Below, piece by piece: positions 40,647 through 54,316 of a stretch of 64,000 nt of DNA; the stretch's first letter is position 1, and each line of letters starts with the position of its first letter. Location: contig NOWV01000127.1 in the NCBI GenBank assembly GCA_003344405.1, positions 62,001-126,000 of the forward strand. The letters run 5' to 3'. This DNA is from Trichoplax sp. H2. Taxonomy: Eukaryota. The notes beneath the pieces are model-generated. The model was not told where the DNA came from, did no database searches, and saw nothing but the letters and a program-made list of their open reading frames with translations. The translations under genes and the position numbers were made by a program.

Positions 40647-43600
40647 ATGGAAGATTCAAGTATCCATGCTGATGGCTTTGATGCCAATCATTACGATGAT
40701 GATGATCAAGTACGAAGTTTACAAGAAAGAGTCAAGCAATTAGAATTGCAAAATAAGATCTTACAACAACAAAATCAATTGGATGAAGAACACAATAAAT
40801 TCAATTTAAACGATGTTCAATTAATCGATTTGAAACAGCCAACCATCCATGATGATAACGAAGACAGTTGGTGAGGATAACTTATAAATAGTGAATATAT
40901 CAACATTCACTTTCATCCATCATACAGTGCATCACTTGGAAGCGATCATATGTTGACCTAAAAGTGAATCACCATCTTGAGCTGATTGTGTTGATACTCT
41001 TTCGTCATATGTTAGGAGATAGCTAATTTTCTCAATAGGATCTTCCAGTAAATCGTCAATTTTACTCCATTGACGATCTATACTTGTACATAGATTGAAA
41101 TCATTCAAAATCGCAATCGAGTTGACTTTCTATGCATACGGCATTAGACGGTATTCGACGTACTTAAATTTGATATGTAATGGAAACGACTGCAGCTTGT
41201 CAATGTTCGTATACTTTACTAGAACTGATTTAAGGTGTACTTGAATTGTTTTAGTTGTTGATCCTCTTCCCTTCCCATCTCCCTACAAATTGTTTCTGCA
41301 TACTGTAGACGCAGTGTTTATTTAGATGACTACGCTGAATGGCTATTCTCAATCTTTGATATGACAGTATAAAAGTCTTATGAGTAACTTAATAATAATT
41401 ATCATTTGATGATCAATCATGGCGCCGTCCAGTCTGCTACAATGACTACAGTAAACTACACTTTCCATTAAACCACGACACCTAGATGATCCCCGTTCAA
41501 GTCCGTCGTAATCCCGATTTTATCCCTTACATGGACATTTTCTCTATGTGCCTTAATCTTAATTATGTTGAGGAGTCATGCCCTGCCAACTGCCACTATT
41601 AAAACAGCAGCAGCTTAAAAATATTTACACTTGGCGCTATCCTACCGTGCTAGTCTGCAAATCATCATGCTGATGATAGGATGGATGTTCGAATTATACA
41701 GTAATTGAAGATTAAGGAGGAAATGCATGATACACGTGAAATGGTAGGCATAGCTATCCCATGCTAGCCAAAATGATTAGACAATACATTATCCTAAATT
41801 GAATTAATGAGTCATTCTATCCACTAAACAATCAATCAATGATGCATTTGTATTAAAGTCTTCTCGTCTTTTGACCGCTTATATTGGATTGTTTTAGCTT
41901 AATCTTCCTTCAAGTGCTCCAATAACAAACTCAATTATAATTAACGACATTGATTGCGTATGTGTCTGCGATATTACCATCTTTAATTTAGCCTATTTAG
42001 TTATAATCGGTAATCGTGATCCGTTTTTTGAAAAAGAGGATTAAATAGAAGAAAGCTCAACACTACATGTACAGTATAATTCAATTGAAGCAAATATGAA
42101 GTGTCGAAAGCTCTGAAATCAACAAGGCGCATTAGCTACCTTTCATTACTTTAAGTCATAGCAAATAACGAATAACTTTAACAAATCAATGTTAATATGA
42201 TCTAGCATCAGTAATAATTATATAATCAATCTATTACTTTTTGCAGCCGCAAATCTTGCATTATTCCAATCCTTTTTAATAGTCTGTAAAAAATTATTTA
42301 GTTCTTCCAATACTTTTTAAATAATTAGTAAAGGACGTCATGAACGATTGGATTAATACTCAAATCATCCATTTTGTATGCGCGTATAAATATACAAAGA
42401 GCAAACGTTTATTAGCACCTTGATGGAGTATTAACATGGATTTTACCATGGCAATGGTAACCTATTCTTTCAATAGGCTTTATGAATCACCAAGAGCTCA
42501 TCCGACACCAGAACAAAAACTACAGAGCCCATGGAAATGGATGGAAGTAGGCTCTTATGATGAACTACAAGAAATTCGCGGTAATCTTGCTTCAAGATTT
42601 AACCAAGCTAGCAATGATCACCCAGGTTTGTAACTTGTTTATGAATTCAACGCTATGCTCAATTTCAAGTAAAATGCAAAGTGCAATAATGGATAGATAA
42701 ACATGAGCATAGCTGAATTAATTAATATTTTTCATAATTTAAATGAATAGCCAGCATTGCGCGTCTACCAAGTCAATGCAATTTTCAACCTACAGTACAA
42801 TATTATAGCGTGGATTATATTCATGACTGTCTCAATTACTTTAGATCACTTAAATACATCTGGCAGTCTATCATATGCGAATCGACGCTATTCGGATCTT
42901 AGTCAGGTTTCGCGATCAACTGCACGCTTATCAAAGAAAGCGTTTACTTCGCCTCCTTCTATCAAAATTCATGGCAAAGGTAATCGCCAGGAATTACAAC
43001 AGGATGTAAATAATAATCATACAGATTCCAATTTATTACATAAAAGTGCATCAAACATTTCCAATGGTGATGGCGGCTCGAAAATCAAACTACTCTCAGA
43101 CACTAATTTACGACGACACTCTTTAAACACAAACAATAATCGTTCAATCCCTAGCAGCGGAAGCTCTAATCGCTCCATCGCAGGAAGTGGATTATCGCCA
43201 AGAGGTAGTATAGAGAACTTAAACGATGGTGGATCACGACTTGGTTTAAGAAGACCTAATCTAACGACGAAGCAGACTCTACAAGTTGGTACTCCAGTTG
43301 CACAGAGTCGTCAATTTAGCCGATCTACTAATGATGGTAAGATATTAGTGCCAGTGAGATTGCTTTGCATACGTTCATGTTATTTATCGTTTCTATTAAC
43401 AATAACACAGTGATACAACCTGCCTTCTGTATCTGGTAAAGTAGGTAGTCTATACTGTCATTAAATTTCATGTTGTGTAAATCATTATTGATATACACGA
43501 TCTTAACAGTTTCAGGTGATGCTAACAATAATAATTCAGCAATGATCAGATTTGGTACCTTCAGACGTTCGTCAGATGTACCACCCCGTACCCTGAATGC

Positions 43601-43896
43601 TTCTTATACTAATCTTCATAAAGCTGATTCTACATCACTTTTAGCGCCAAGCCCCATTACAAAATCAGCCATTGCTAGATCATCCCCCTCCATCCCCCGT
43701 GGTAAATCCGGAATTACACCCCCACGGTATGTAGCAATAGGTATTTTCGCGGCCGTTGTATTATCATTATGGTTAGAGTTAAACATCTATTAACTATAAT
43801 AATCAATTATTTTTATGAAGTCGTCAAGGAATTCCCCGGACAGTCCAACAAACACCCAAAGCTCAAGAGCAAGAAGACGATTTCGAATATTATTAA
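40647..43896 (+). CDS. SLAIN: SLAIN motif-containing microtubule plus-end tracking protein
   Basis: Exon 1 encodes MEDSS..DQVRSLQERVKQLELQNKIL..LNDVQLID..NEDSW and splices to LYESPRAHPTPEQKLQSPWKW, resembling SLAIN2 (EVRKLQELVKKLEKQNEQL..ESWLYSSPKKKLTP). Ser/Arg-rich exons carry SxIP-like motifs. The last exon (43821-43896) ends EQEDDFEYY*. Confidence 0.85.
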
Positions 43897-45542
43897 TAAA
43901 TACCTTTTACTACTGCGATATCCTACTCTACCTTTGTGAAAATCGCAAACAAACAGCATTACTCATATCATGGAATAAATAGCTTTAATGGTTCATCGCT
44001 CAAATTCGATAAATTGGAACCGATCTTACCATTTTACTTAGCTATTACGGAAAGAGCTGATGATTTTTCAAATTATTGAAAAATAACGTTACATTTCAAC
44101 GGATTGTCACAATAACTGTAATAATTCAAAGCTAAATTGATACAATAATGTCAGATTGATTATATTATCTGATAAATCTTGCCTCGTTATTGAAATGTAT
44201 TTATTTATGAATTTATTAAATGTACAGATGAGTAGCTTTCATATCAATTCGATCAGATGGTTTACCATGTTTTAGAATAGAGGTTACAATGCATAATTAA
44301 TATGTCCCTATTTGCCTGTGTTGCTGGCGGGTTTTGCAAGCATTAGAATTAACAATGGTTATTGTATGTTATATAGTGATGTCAATATCGCATTGAAAAC
44401 CAATATAGAAATTAATTGGCGACTTTCGTCTAAAGTTTTTATTGTTGCTCAAATTTATGAAATTTATGGAACGTTAATTCCAGTTTTACGACATTTATGT
44501 AATTATGATACGGTAAACTACATTGTTGTTATTACTGTACTTAAATGTTTATTACCCTTGCTTGTAAATGAAGTTTTTATTGCTGCACTCTTTACCTAGA
44601 TTTAATCCTTTAAAAACTGTCAAGTTGAGTATTTACTACTGTATTACGGCCAAAGAAAGCAATAAGCAAAAATATTTCGATTTCACTCTTTTGTTTTTCG
44701 ACTAAGTTATTCTACATGGAATTCTATTGTACTCGTACATCCAGATTAAGTAAACGGCTTCTTTATCTGTATATCGCTGTCTTATAGGGGTGCAATTCAT
44801 CAATTAAACATTCATAATTTAGAAATCGCTCAAATACATTTATTTAAAAATATGTTGTACCTTATTTACAGTTAGTTCTACAGCATTATAATTTAGAATT
44901 GCTACAATTTAAAGAATCGCAAATCAATCTATTTATTGCATTACTACGTTCCAGCTGGTATCATACATTGCGTTTTTGTTTTACGTTGAGGTGCGTTATA
45001 TATATATACAGGATAGCCCATACAATAGTAAAATGGCTGGCTAGCGCTTCATTCTGGCATTACTATTTACCGATGGATGGTAACATGAATAAAAATAGTT
45101 GTCAAACACTAACTACTGTCGATAATTGATTTTTCGTTAATGACAGTCAGGAATATTAAATCGATCGTCATGATACAGATAGTTATTAACGTGATTGCTT
45201 AATTAATAAAAAACAAACATTTGATAGGAGGATTATAATTAATTATAAACAGAGTCAAGAAAGTTGAAATGAATCAATCTAAAGTTGCATATTTACATTC
45301 ACAGTCACTTAAAATACCAACATCTATATTGAATTGAACTCATAGAGGTAAGAAGACTGTATGATTGAGCTAACTAATTTAATCGAATTATATATATTAC
45401 AATATAATAATATCGTTTTTCTAAATCCAGGTATAAAGTGTCTTTAGTGTAGGTGTAACAGTAAGACCAACGCAGTGATATTAATAAGACTTTAGATACA
45501 ATCAGTAAACGACAGAAGAGGGCATGTCATACGCATTTCCTT

Positions 45543-48500
45543 TTACCAATCGAAAGCTTCATCATCAGATAATGCATTCCTAATTTCATAAATCAACCAT
45601 TACAAAATATATAATTTTTGTCGATGTATTAGTAAAGTTATTATGGCTTGGGCTATAACAATTAAGTAATAGCAAGAATAATCACTTTATCTAATCCGAG
45701 CTATACGCCGTCAAAATCTGAATAATTATTTATCGATATCAATTGCCAGCTACTTACATTCCTATATCTTCCTGTAATAAAGAATCTTCCTTTAATGAGG
45801 ACTCCGAACGGTAAGATAACGTTTCCTATAATGTAATGGAGCATAAATATAAATTATAGCTCCAAATCAAAAATCTATAAAATTATATCTCTTCTAAAAA
45901 TACAACGAACCTCATCTTTGGTCGCAACCTTACTCGGCTTGGAAACTTCTGCTGCAGTCTATTTAAGTAAGTTTTTTCAAGTCAAATTATTATTAAGTGT
46001 TTTAAAGTCCATAAAACGTAAAGCTATTATTTAATTTCGCCGTACCGCACTTTCTTCCCGACGTTTTTTAACCAGTTCCATATAGTGTAACATAACCGGG
46101 TCAACCCCACCCATGCTAGAATCTTCCATTTGCTGCTTTTCATCGCTACGTTTTTCAACCTCCTGCTTCGATTTCTGTTCTTCTTCTTCACGGGCTCTTT
46201 TTTCGTTTTCAATGGCTTCCTTTTCTCTTCGTTCCTGCTCTTGTTGTTGTTGCTGTAACAGTTCTAGTTCTCGTTGCTCCTTTTCCCAAGCCTCTTGCTG
46301 TAGTCTTTTTTGCTCTTCCTCTTTCCTCCTTTTTTCTTCCTCCCAGGTCAAGGTTTCTTCTTCTTCTTTATCCATTACCAATTGAGCTTCATTTACTATA
46401 TCGTCGCTTTCATGTCTTGTTTCATTACTCGATTTGGAAATAGTATCTACTTTAGTTGATGTATCTGTCCTATCAAAATCACTTTGTAAACGTGTATACT
46501 CGACATTGGAAGTAGGCATGTCTCCGTGATTTGAACTAGGATTTCGATGACTTAAATTCTCCTCATTCTTTACTATTCTGTCTTCAAATATATCAGTGGA
46601 TGGCTCAGTATCACTGCCAGAACGGTCATGTGTAATTACTTGACTATTATTTGCTAATGAAATGACTGAAGGATGGTAATTATTTGCAATCGGTGTTACG
46701 TTTTCGTCATGTTCAGTATGCAACGCTATTGGTCTAGATGAGGTAGACGCTATGGTTGTCGTTGGAACAGTTGATAATGACGTAGTTGCCGTGGTATGAA
46801 GATACTGATTTGATAACACTACATCGAATGTTGAACCGATTTTAAATGATTGTTCTCTTTGAGATGGTTCTGTTACAGTTGAAGGCTTGGAATTAATAAT
46901 GTTGTCACTGCTTTTGAGTTTAGAGCGCCTCTGCGGTAGTCCTTCAGCAACTACAAGCAAGTAATAATACGTCATGAATACTTCTATTTGAGACATAGCT
47001 TTCATAAATAATGACCTAGTTACCTGTATTACTTGTTGATATTTCAGGATATACATTTTCAGATCCAACTGATGTAGTCGAAACTAGAGGCATCCTTTTA
47101 GGTGGTAATGATTCAGTAACTATCGCAGCTGGAACAACTTGTGAATGAGTTAACCGTGATATATTATTAGTAGATACTGCATCTGAATGAGCAGTGGGTA
47201 GGTTAGAAAATGATGGAATTTGTGTAATGCTGTGGGTAGAAATAGGGCGCCTACTATCGACATTGTAGCTAGGTCCATCAAAAGAACGATCACCCCAAGC
47301 AAATTTGTGATTGATTTCATTCGGCTGTCCCTCGACAGCAATTGCATCATGAGTGTTGGTAGGATTTGAGGCTGTTGACCCATGATCGAGATAGTTGCGA
47401 TAGGAGCGCTGTATGGCCTACAGAAGACGTTCCATTAGAAGGTTATACTGTATATCCTAAGCAAGGTTAACTTTACTGTTGATCAATACGATCACGTAAT
47501 AAGTCTATGTATTCACCTCGGTTTGTAATTCTAATTTCTGTAGCTTTTGTCTCGCATTGATAGCGACAGATTCAACATCTTCCGCAGTATCTTTTGTTGT
47601 TGCGTTAGTCTGTAGGCCATGGCTTAGATCATTACTACTTTCTCGATGGGTCAATGATGAATTGCCAGCAAGGACTGTTGGAATCAATATCGAAATTGCA
47701 AGTATTATTGCTATAGCATAGAAGTTAAAATCATGCTCAATTACTAAAAGTGCATTAATTTTAAGGACTTACGTCGATTTATTCGTTCTGATGTTGCAGC
47801 TGCTTGCTCAAGAATGGATTTATCGCCACTATCAGTACGTTTTAATAACGATTTCATAGCAGCTGATCGATCAGGGTTTAAAATTGAATCAGGAATGGGT
47901 CTCGATCGATCCAAGTCTACTTCTTGAGTTCTACGTTTCATTTGTAGACTAAGCGCAGTTTGTGCTTGATGTAGAGCAAGACGTAAGTCGGAAATTTCTC
48001 GATTCATTTCTCTCTGATGCAGAAGCTGCTCTTCAAATCTTTGACGAATATTTCGATTACGATCTATTTCAGCTTGTTGTACTGCTTGTAATTGTTGTAT
48101 TTGCTGAGCATGTTGTAAACGCATATTGTGATTGATTTCCCTGAGTTGCTTCACTTCTTGCCTTAAATTAATCTATTAATCAATGTAACTTTCATTTAGA
48201 AGTTGTAGGAGTCTTACTACATGTAGTTTTCTATAGATAGGTCACTTACAACTTCTTCCGACGGTTGCAGTAATTTATGGGTTAGCTTCTCGATTTCTTT
48301 CGACGACGTTGTTTTTTCGTCATTAAGTTGCTCTAATTGTTTCTGGCTATTACTTAATTGCTCACATAGAACGACTAGGCGCTCTCTTAAAACATTATAA
48401 TCTGATACTTCTTCAATGCGTCTACGTAAATGTTCCTTCTGTTCTTTCACTACAGCCAGCTCTTGCCTGGTTCCCTCTAGTGTTTCCTGTACATTTAAAG

Positions 48501-51346
48501 AGCAGCAATTAAGATTATTCTAAACCTTGCTTAGGCGGTACCCATTATTGAATAAGGTCTATTTATATTGATGAAAATTTTACCCGAAGTTGTGATATTA
48601 AGCTTTTATAATCTTCTATTTCTTGCACTAATTTACGATGAAATGCTTCATCTTTATCCGATCTGGCAAGATTTTCCTTTAGTTTAGCTTCTCTTACGTC
48701 GAGATTACGCGATTTTTGTATAAATTGTTCTTGTGTTTCGAGTTTAATTCTGTTTCAAATTAAAAATTACCACAAGTGTCCGGTTAGTAGAGTTAATTAC
48801 ACAGTATGAAAGATTATCACTTCTTTGATAGTAACGTAAGACAGACAGTAGAATCATGCCTGGTAATATTGTCTTCCAGATCCCGCTGATATCTTTGCTC
48901 TAAATTACTGATTGAAGTTTCCTTCATTCGGATGCGCTCTTCGGCAGCTCGGGCTTTCTCACTTTCTAATTTTTGAGATCTGAATAGGCAAAACATGTTG
49001 TTAATTTTTACAAATCATTTCGTACCATGTTACAGCAACACTTTTAGGCATAGCCTATTATCTTATGTTTTATTTCCATATCTGAGTTACGTAGCTTACT
49101 GTTCGTTAAGCTCAAAACAACGCTTCAATTCCAGTTCTTTTGATCGAACCATTTCTAGTTGTTCAAGTATTGATTGGCGCTGCAAATGCAATTGGGCTTC
49201 CTTTTCTAACTCTTGATTACGAAGGTGTTGCATCGTATCTTCTTCTTTCCTTCGTAGCGCTTCCTTTTTTTGATAATAGTCTTGCTCTAGCTCATTCCTT
49301 ATGGTCTGCAATTCTTGCTGGTATTTGGTTCGTTCTTCCAGGCGCATCTTAGTAAGGGTTACATTTTCGAATCGTTCCATCTACAGTAGGATAATTATTT
49401 ATTGGTATTAGATGTTGTTCTATAGTCATGACCGATATATATTTATAAAAGTAAGACATACTTCAACTTTTGCCTGCGCGATACATCTTGTTTCTATTTC
49501 TTTTTCCATAGCAATTAATTTATCTTCCACAGAATCGTGATTCTTGTCACGGGTATGATGGCTGTCCATTACGGTTTGATCTAAAATTTGAAGTCTTTGG
49601 TCTAAATTTTAATAAACAGTAATAAGCAACAAATGTAAGCTTAAAATGGGTTGCTTAACATTAAAGTGATTCGGTTGTAATTACTTAGATGTTCTTGAGT
49701 GAGTATCGGCTGTTGATCAGTTTGACAGCTATTATCCAATCGAGGAATAGGTTTGACTTGATTTTGGTTCAAGAAGTAATCTAACAATACTATTAAAAGA
49801 CTTTGTTCCGCGGTGGTTGTTAAAGCAATGGCTTTACGATAGAACGGATCATTTGGTTGAAACTTCATAAAATCGATGATATCGGGTATGTTGTATACCT
49901 ACATGAGTGTTGTATGAAATTTATAAGATTTTCAATAGCCAATTTTTGATCCTTCTATTAACTTTCAGTAATTGAAACGCTATATCAGACAATTACTCTA
50001 TGCAATCGCATATGATTGTAGGTAGAACGAGTGCATTAGGTAGGAAAATTTCCACCTTAATTACTGGCTTTTATATGATAAATCATGTCAATAGATCTGA
50101 TTAAGCTTCTATTGTTAATATTACGTGACTTTTCTTATTGCAGTAATCCATTACCTTATCTTCTGATAAATTGCATTCTGGCAGGTAGACCGATAAAGCG
50201 TAATCGTATCGATACGTCTTTAAATGGTTGCAAATGATGCTATTGCCCACATCCAAATTTAATTGATTGATAGTTTGTTTACTATGATTGATGTTGGATG
50301 TTAATACGCCTTGACGTTGCTGAAGTTCGTCAACCATTTTCTTGCGCAATTGAGACTGGTAAAGAAAACATTTGAGAGTCAATTTTCATATTTAAGGTCG
50401 GTCATTTTATGATCTATTCACCGGCTAAAACTAGAATATACGTTGTAGTAAGTATGTCGCTGCAAAGCTAAACTATTGTCTAATCTACAAAACCTTTCCT
50501 AGTCATGGTAGAGATGAGATGAATGGTAGCATTTTTGTTGGATTGATTCATCCATTGGATCATTTGGATATTATTATTGTACTATACTCACTCACTGAGG
50601 GATATGGATACTGTACAGTAGAGAGATTGATCCATGGCATATGAGTTATTATCGACTGGAATGGGATGCACTAAGATAGTAAAGGGAGTTGAGCCTGTGA
50701 AGGAAGTTTTACTGTACAGTGTCGATTGTACAATCTATACGCGTCTAGCAGGATACATTGAATAACTTGGATAGTTAGGGTTGAGCGCATTCTAACAGTA
50801 GGTTATGACTAATCCTGGAGTATTTCATTTATTTGTTGTAGCTGCATTGCTTTGTGTTGCCGTATCGTATCCAAATGATGTTCTAGGAGAGTGAAAAGAA
50901 GGTGAAGGACTTTATGACGTTCCCTTGTTCAATGATGGGACTTTAGTTGAATTCTCCAAACTGTTTACAATGTAGAGTACAGTAAATGAGTTGTATTGGT
51001 TTGATGTTCAAAGTAGTATTCCAATTGCACTAGGTAATCAATGGAATAAGTGAGCTACTGTACTTTTGAATGACGATTGAAATAGTCTGTGATGGTTTCT
51101 ACAGATGTACTGTTGGTCGATGGGTTCTCCTTTTGTTATATCGAGGCCATTTAAGTTGTGGTACTCCATCTCATCGCTAAACTACGCTATAGTGCCTGCC
51201 TATGGGAATGACGATGGTAAAGTCCAGGATGAAAACATTGCTTACGTTACCTTCAAAGTCGTCAATATCCCACGCTGGCGAAAGTTATGAAATAACTTGA
51301 GTTTCAATTCTTCTTCCGATAGAGTTGGTTCTTCCAAGTCCACCAT
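45543..51346 (-). CDS. OFD1: Oral-facial-digital syndrome 1 centriolar/basal-body protein (LisH + coiled coils)
   Basis: Exon 1 encodes MVDLEEPTLSEEELKLKLFHNFRQRGILTTLK. Exon 2 encodes SQLRKKMVDEL..GNSIICNHLKTYRYDYALSVYLPECNL (LisH). Multiple coiled-coil exons follow (46031-49380), including DPVMLHYMELVK. The C-terminus is LSDDEAFDW* at 45543. Confidence 0.92.
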
Positions 51347-54316
51347 GATTTAAGCTTGTAATGGCGATGACTAATCTCAGTAGAATGAGTGCAATAAGTC
51401 AAGACAGAATGGTTGAAATCAATCCAAGATTGAACACGATCACCAAGGTGATAATCAAGCTTGCGGTTGTGCAACTTGGTGGTACTGGTACCTGTCCCTT
51501 TCCGTCATGGATCGCTGCTGACTGCTGAAGATTTTCCACTAGGATCACGTCGATCCACGTCTAGTTGGGTCTAGTAATCAATGGATTCCTTCTTGTCAAT
51601 GTATCAATCTCCATAGACGTCGATGGCTGACTGACTATTTCTCTATTTGGTCAGCAGCTTGGAGAATAATTTGAAATTTGAATTTTGAGCTGCAGCAAAT
51701 TGGCTGGAGGCGAGGCTACAGTACTGTACTACAGTATAGCGCTGGAATGGAGAGAATGGAAATTGCTGTTTTCTACTGTGGTACTGAGTGCGCCAACGGC
51801 AGGTCTGTTAACGTATCGCGCGGGAAAATACTGTAGTAGAAGTGGGGTGGACTACAGTACGTTGTACTGTAGTTCCCACCCTGACGGAGGATCCGTACGT
51901 CCGCACTGCCATGTCGCGAGCGCCATTCCACAGTACTGTACACTACAGTACATTGTACAGTGGTGTACCTAGTGTACAGTACAGTGTACAGTACTGTCCA
52001 ATGGTGTGCATCGAATTGCTGTCCATCCACCTTCCATTTTCTCTATAGTAAAAGCTGTTCAAATTGAAACTTCTTCCAACGGGAACCCTGCAGATTGAAT
52101 CGTCCAAACATGACTAAGTCTGAGTGTACTCTACCATAGAGTTGACTTGATGGCGTGTAGTGTACGTCCGTATCGTCAATCTGTCATGTACAGTACAGTG
52201 CAGTACTAGACCGTGTACAGTACAATGTACTGTACATCCTTCATCCAAACATGACTGGGTGTACTGTACAGTGTACAGTGTACAGTACTGTACCATAGAG
52301 TTGACTTGATGGAGGGTAGTGTACAACTGTACAGTACGTACTGTACTGTACGCCCGTATCGTCGATCTATCATCTACAGTGCAGTTCTGGACCGTCTACA
52401 CTGTCCATCCCCTCTACACTCTACTGTATTTTCCCTATAGTAAAAGCTGTTCAAATTGAAATTGCTTCCAATGGGAACCCTGCAGATCCACTCTTCCAAA
52501 CATGACTGAGTGTACTCTACCATAAAGTTGAAAGGATGGAGGGTAGTGTACGTCCGTATCGTCAATCTGTCATCTACAGTGCATTACTAGATCAGTACTG
52601 TACTGTACAGTGATGTACTGTACATCCCTTCATCCAAACATGACTGCGTGTACAGTACTGTACAGTACCATAGACTTGACTTGATGGAGGGTAGTGTACT
52701 GTACGTACGTCCGTATCGTCGATCTGTCATCTACAGTGCAGTTCTGGACCGTCTACAGTACACTGTCCATCCCCTCTACAGTACACTCTACTGTATTTTC
52801 CCTACAGTACTGTATAGTAAAAGCTGTTCAAATTGAAACTGCTTCCAATGGGAACCCTGCCGATCCTATCCTCCAAACATGACTGAGTGTACAGTACTGT
52901 ACCATACACTTCCCTCTATGGAGTGGAGAATCCATCCGTATTGTCCATCTGTCACCCACAGTGCCGTCCTCGACGGTGTACAGTACAGTGTACAGTCGGC
53001 CTATGTTAGTACTGTAGCTAGTAGGCAAAAACAACGGTTCACAGTCCCAGTATAGCAGTCAACACCAACGGCCAAGTAAGTCATCAAGTCTGCAAGAAAC
53101 AGCTTGCCATCGTCAACAACATCTCTTGCTCTCCATACTTTGTTAACTCTATCCATGGAATCTTAGTGGTATGTAGAGAATGTATGCCTGCTTGCAAAGG
53201 AATGATGTACGATGAATCATGACTAGACTACCTCACTTTTTTGTTGCACTATACTATCATGCAATGCCGCTATCCTAGACAGTTAGTTGTCGTCATCATG
53301 CATCAGCGTCTTTTCGACTTGTTGTATTTGAAATGACGCTGGAGCTAGTGCATGCTTTCCAATGGCATGCCCATGACTCTACTACAACTTTCAAATAAAA
53401 CTAATAAGTTGATGATGGTACGCAGTGATAGAATAAATAGTCAGTCAGATGTACAATATTAGCATGCTTGACTATCGGTCAAGTGGAAGGAAAGTCATCA
53501 AAAACTGACATTGCTTTATGCCTCCTCGATTGCCCAATGCTATTCGTTGTGCATGCAATCAAGAAAGGATCCATGTCCTAATGCAATGGATTAGGAGAAC
53601 GTGACACTAGGCTTCAATTGCTGTAGATAGAGTGGAAAGTATTAGCTTTCAATCGCTAGGATCCGATGTCATAGACGGCTACTCGAAAATTGAGAAAATT
53701 TTCGGAAACTATACTCACAACGAAATCTTACTAGGATCTCATCGCTACAAGCAAACGGGCAATCTTAGCAGTATTGATCCTAACGTCCTCTTAGGATAAC
53801 GGCGTACCACTACAGGACATTACAAGTGGCATACGTATGCCAGCGAAATAGACGCACACTTGTGATGTTGCAATCATTAAAAGATAAATCTTTTAGACAT
53901 GGACTGCTTAGAACTATTCTTATCAAACAATTGTGCTAAGAGATGAAATGCCATGTTGAAATATTGTCTCCCCTTCTAGCTTAATACTGTACTTGCTTGC
54001 TACCGTATTGGATAGATCGCTTTTCCACTGTACAACGATAAATCATCAACGACGTGTATACTGTACGGAGACGTACAAATAACGACGCTAGTTTTGTATG
54101 TAGACGTAGTGAGAATGGCGTTAAAGGATAAAATTGAACATGGTGAAATGTTGTCCACTTTACAGCTTGCTTTCTATTCTATTCGATATATTACTCTTCC
54201 ACAACGAAAATCATAAATTCTATCTAGTAATAGAAGAATCCATCAACAACGCTGATTAGTCCAATTGTTGAACGCTAAGTCAACACTTTATATTTTCTCT
54301 TGCAGAGCACCAAATA
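51347..54316. promoter_or_regulatory. Divergent OFD1/NUP54 promoter interval
   Basis: Lies between the ATG of OFD1 (-, 51346) and the ATG of NUP54 (+, 54317). An acceptor ttgcag at 54300-54305 suggests a 5'-UTR intron in NUP54. Confidence 0.6.
51717..52996. repeat. Compound tandem repeat (~120-150 bp subunits, ~380-400 bp higher-order unit) riddled with TA-CAG-TA/TA-CTG-TA blocks
   Basis: 'tccaaacatgact' occurs at ~52103, 52243, 52495, 52633 and 52872. 'tagtaaaagctgttcaaattgaaa' occurs at ~52046, 52438 and 52815. Confidence 0.92.
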
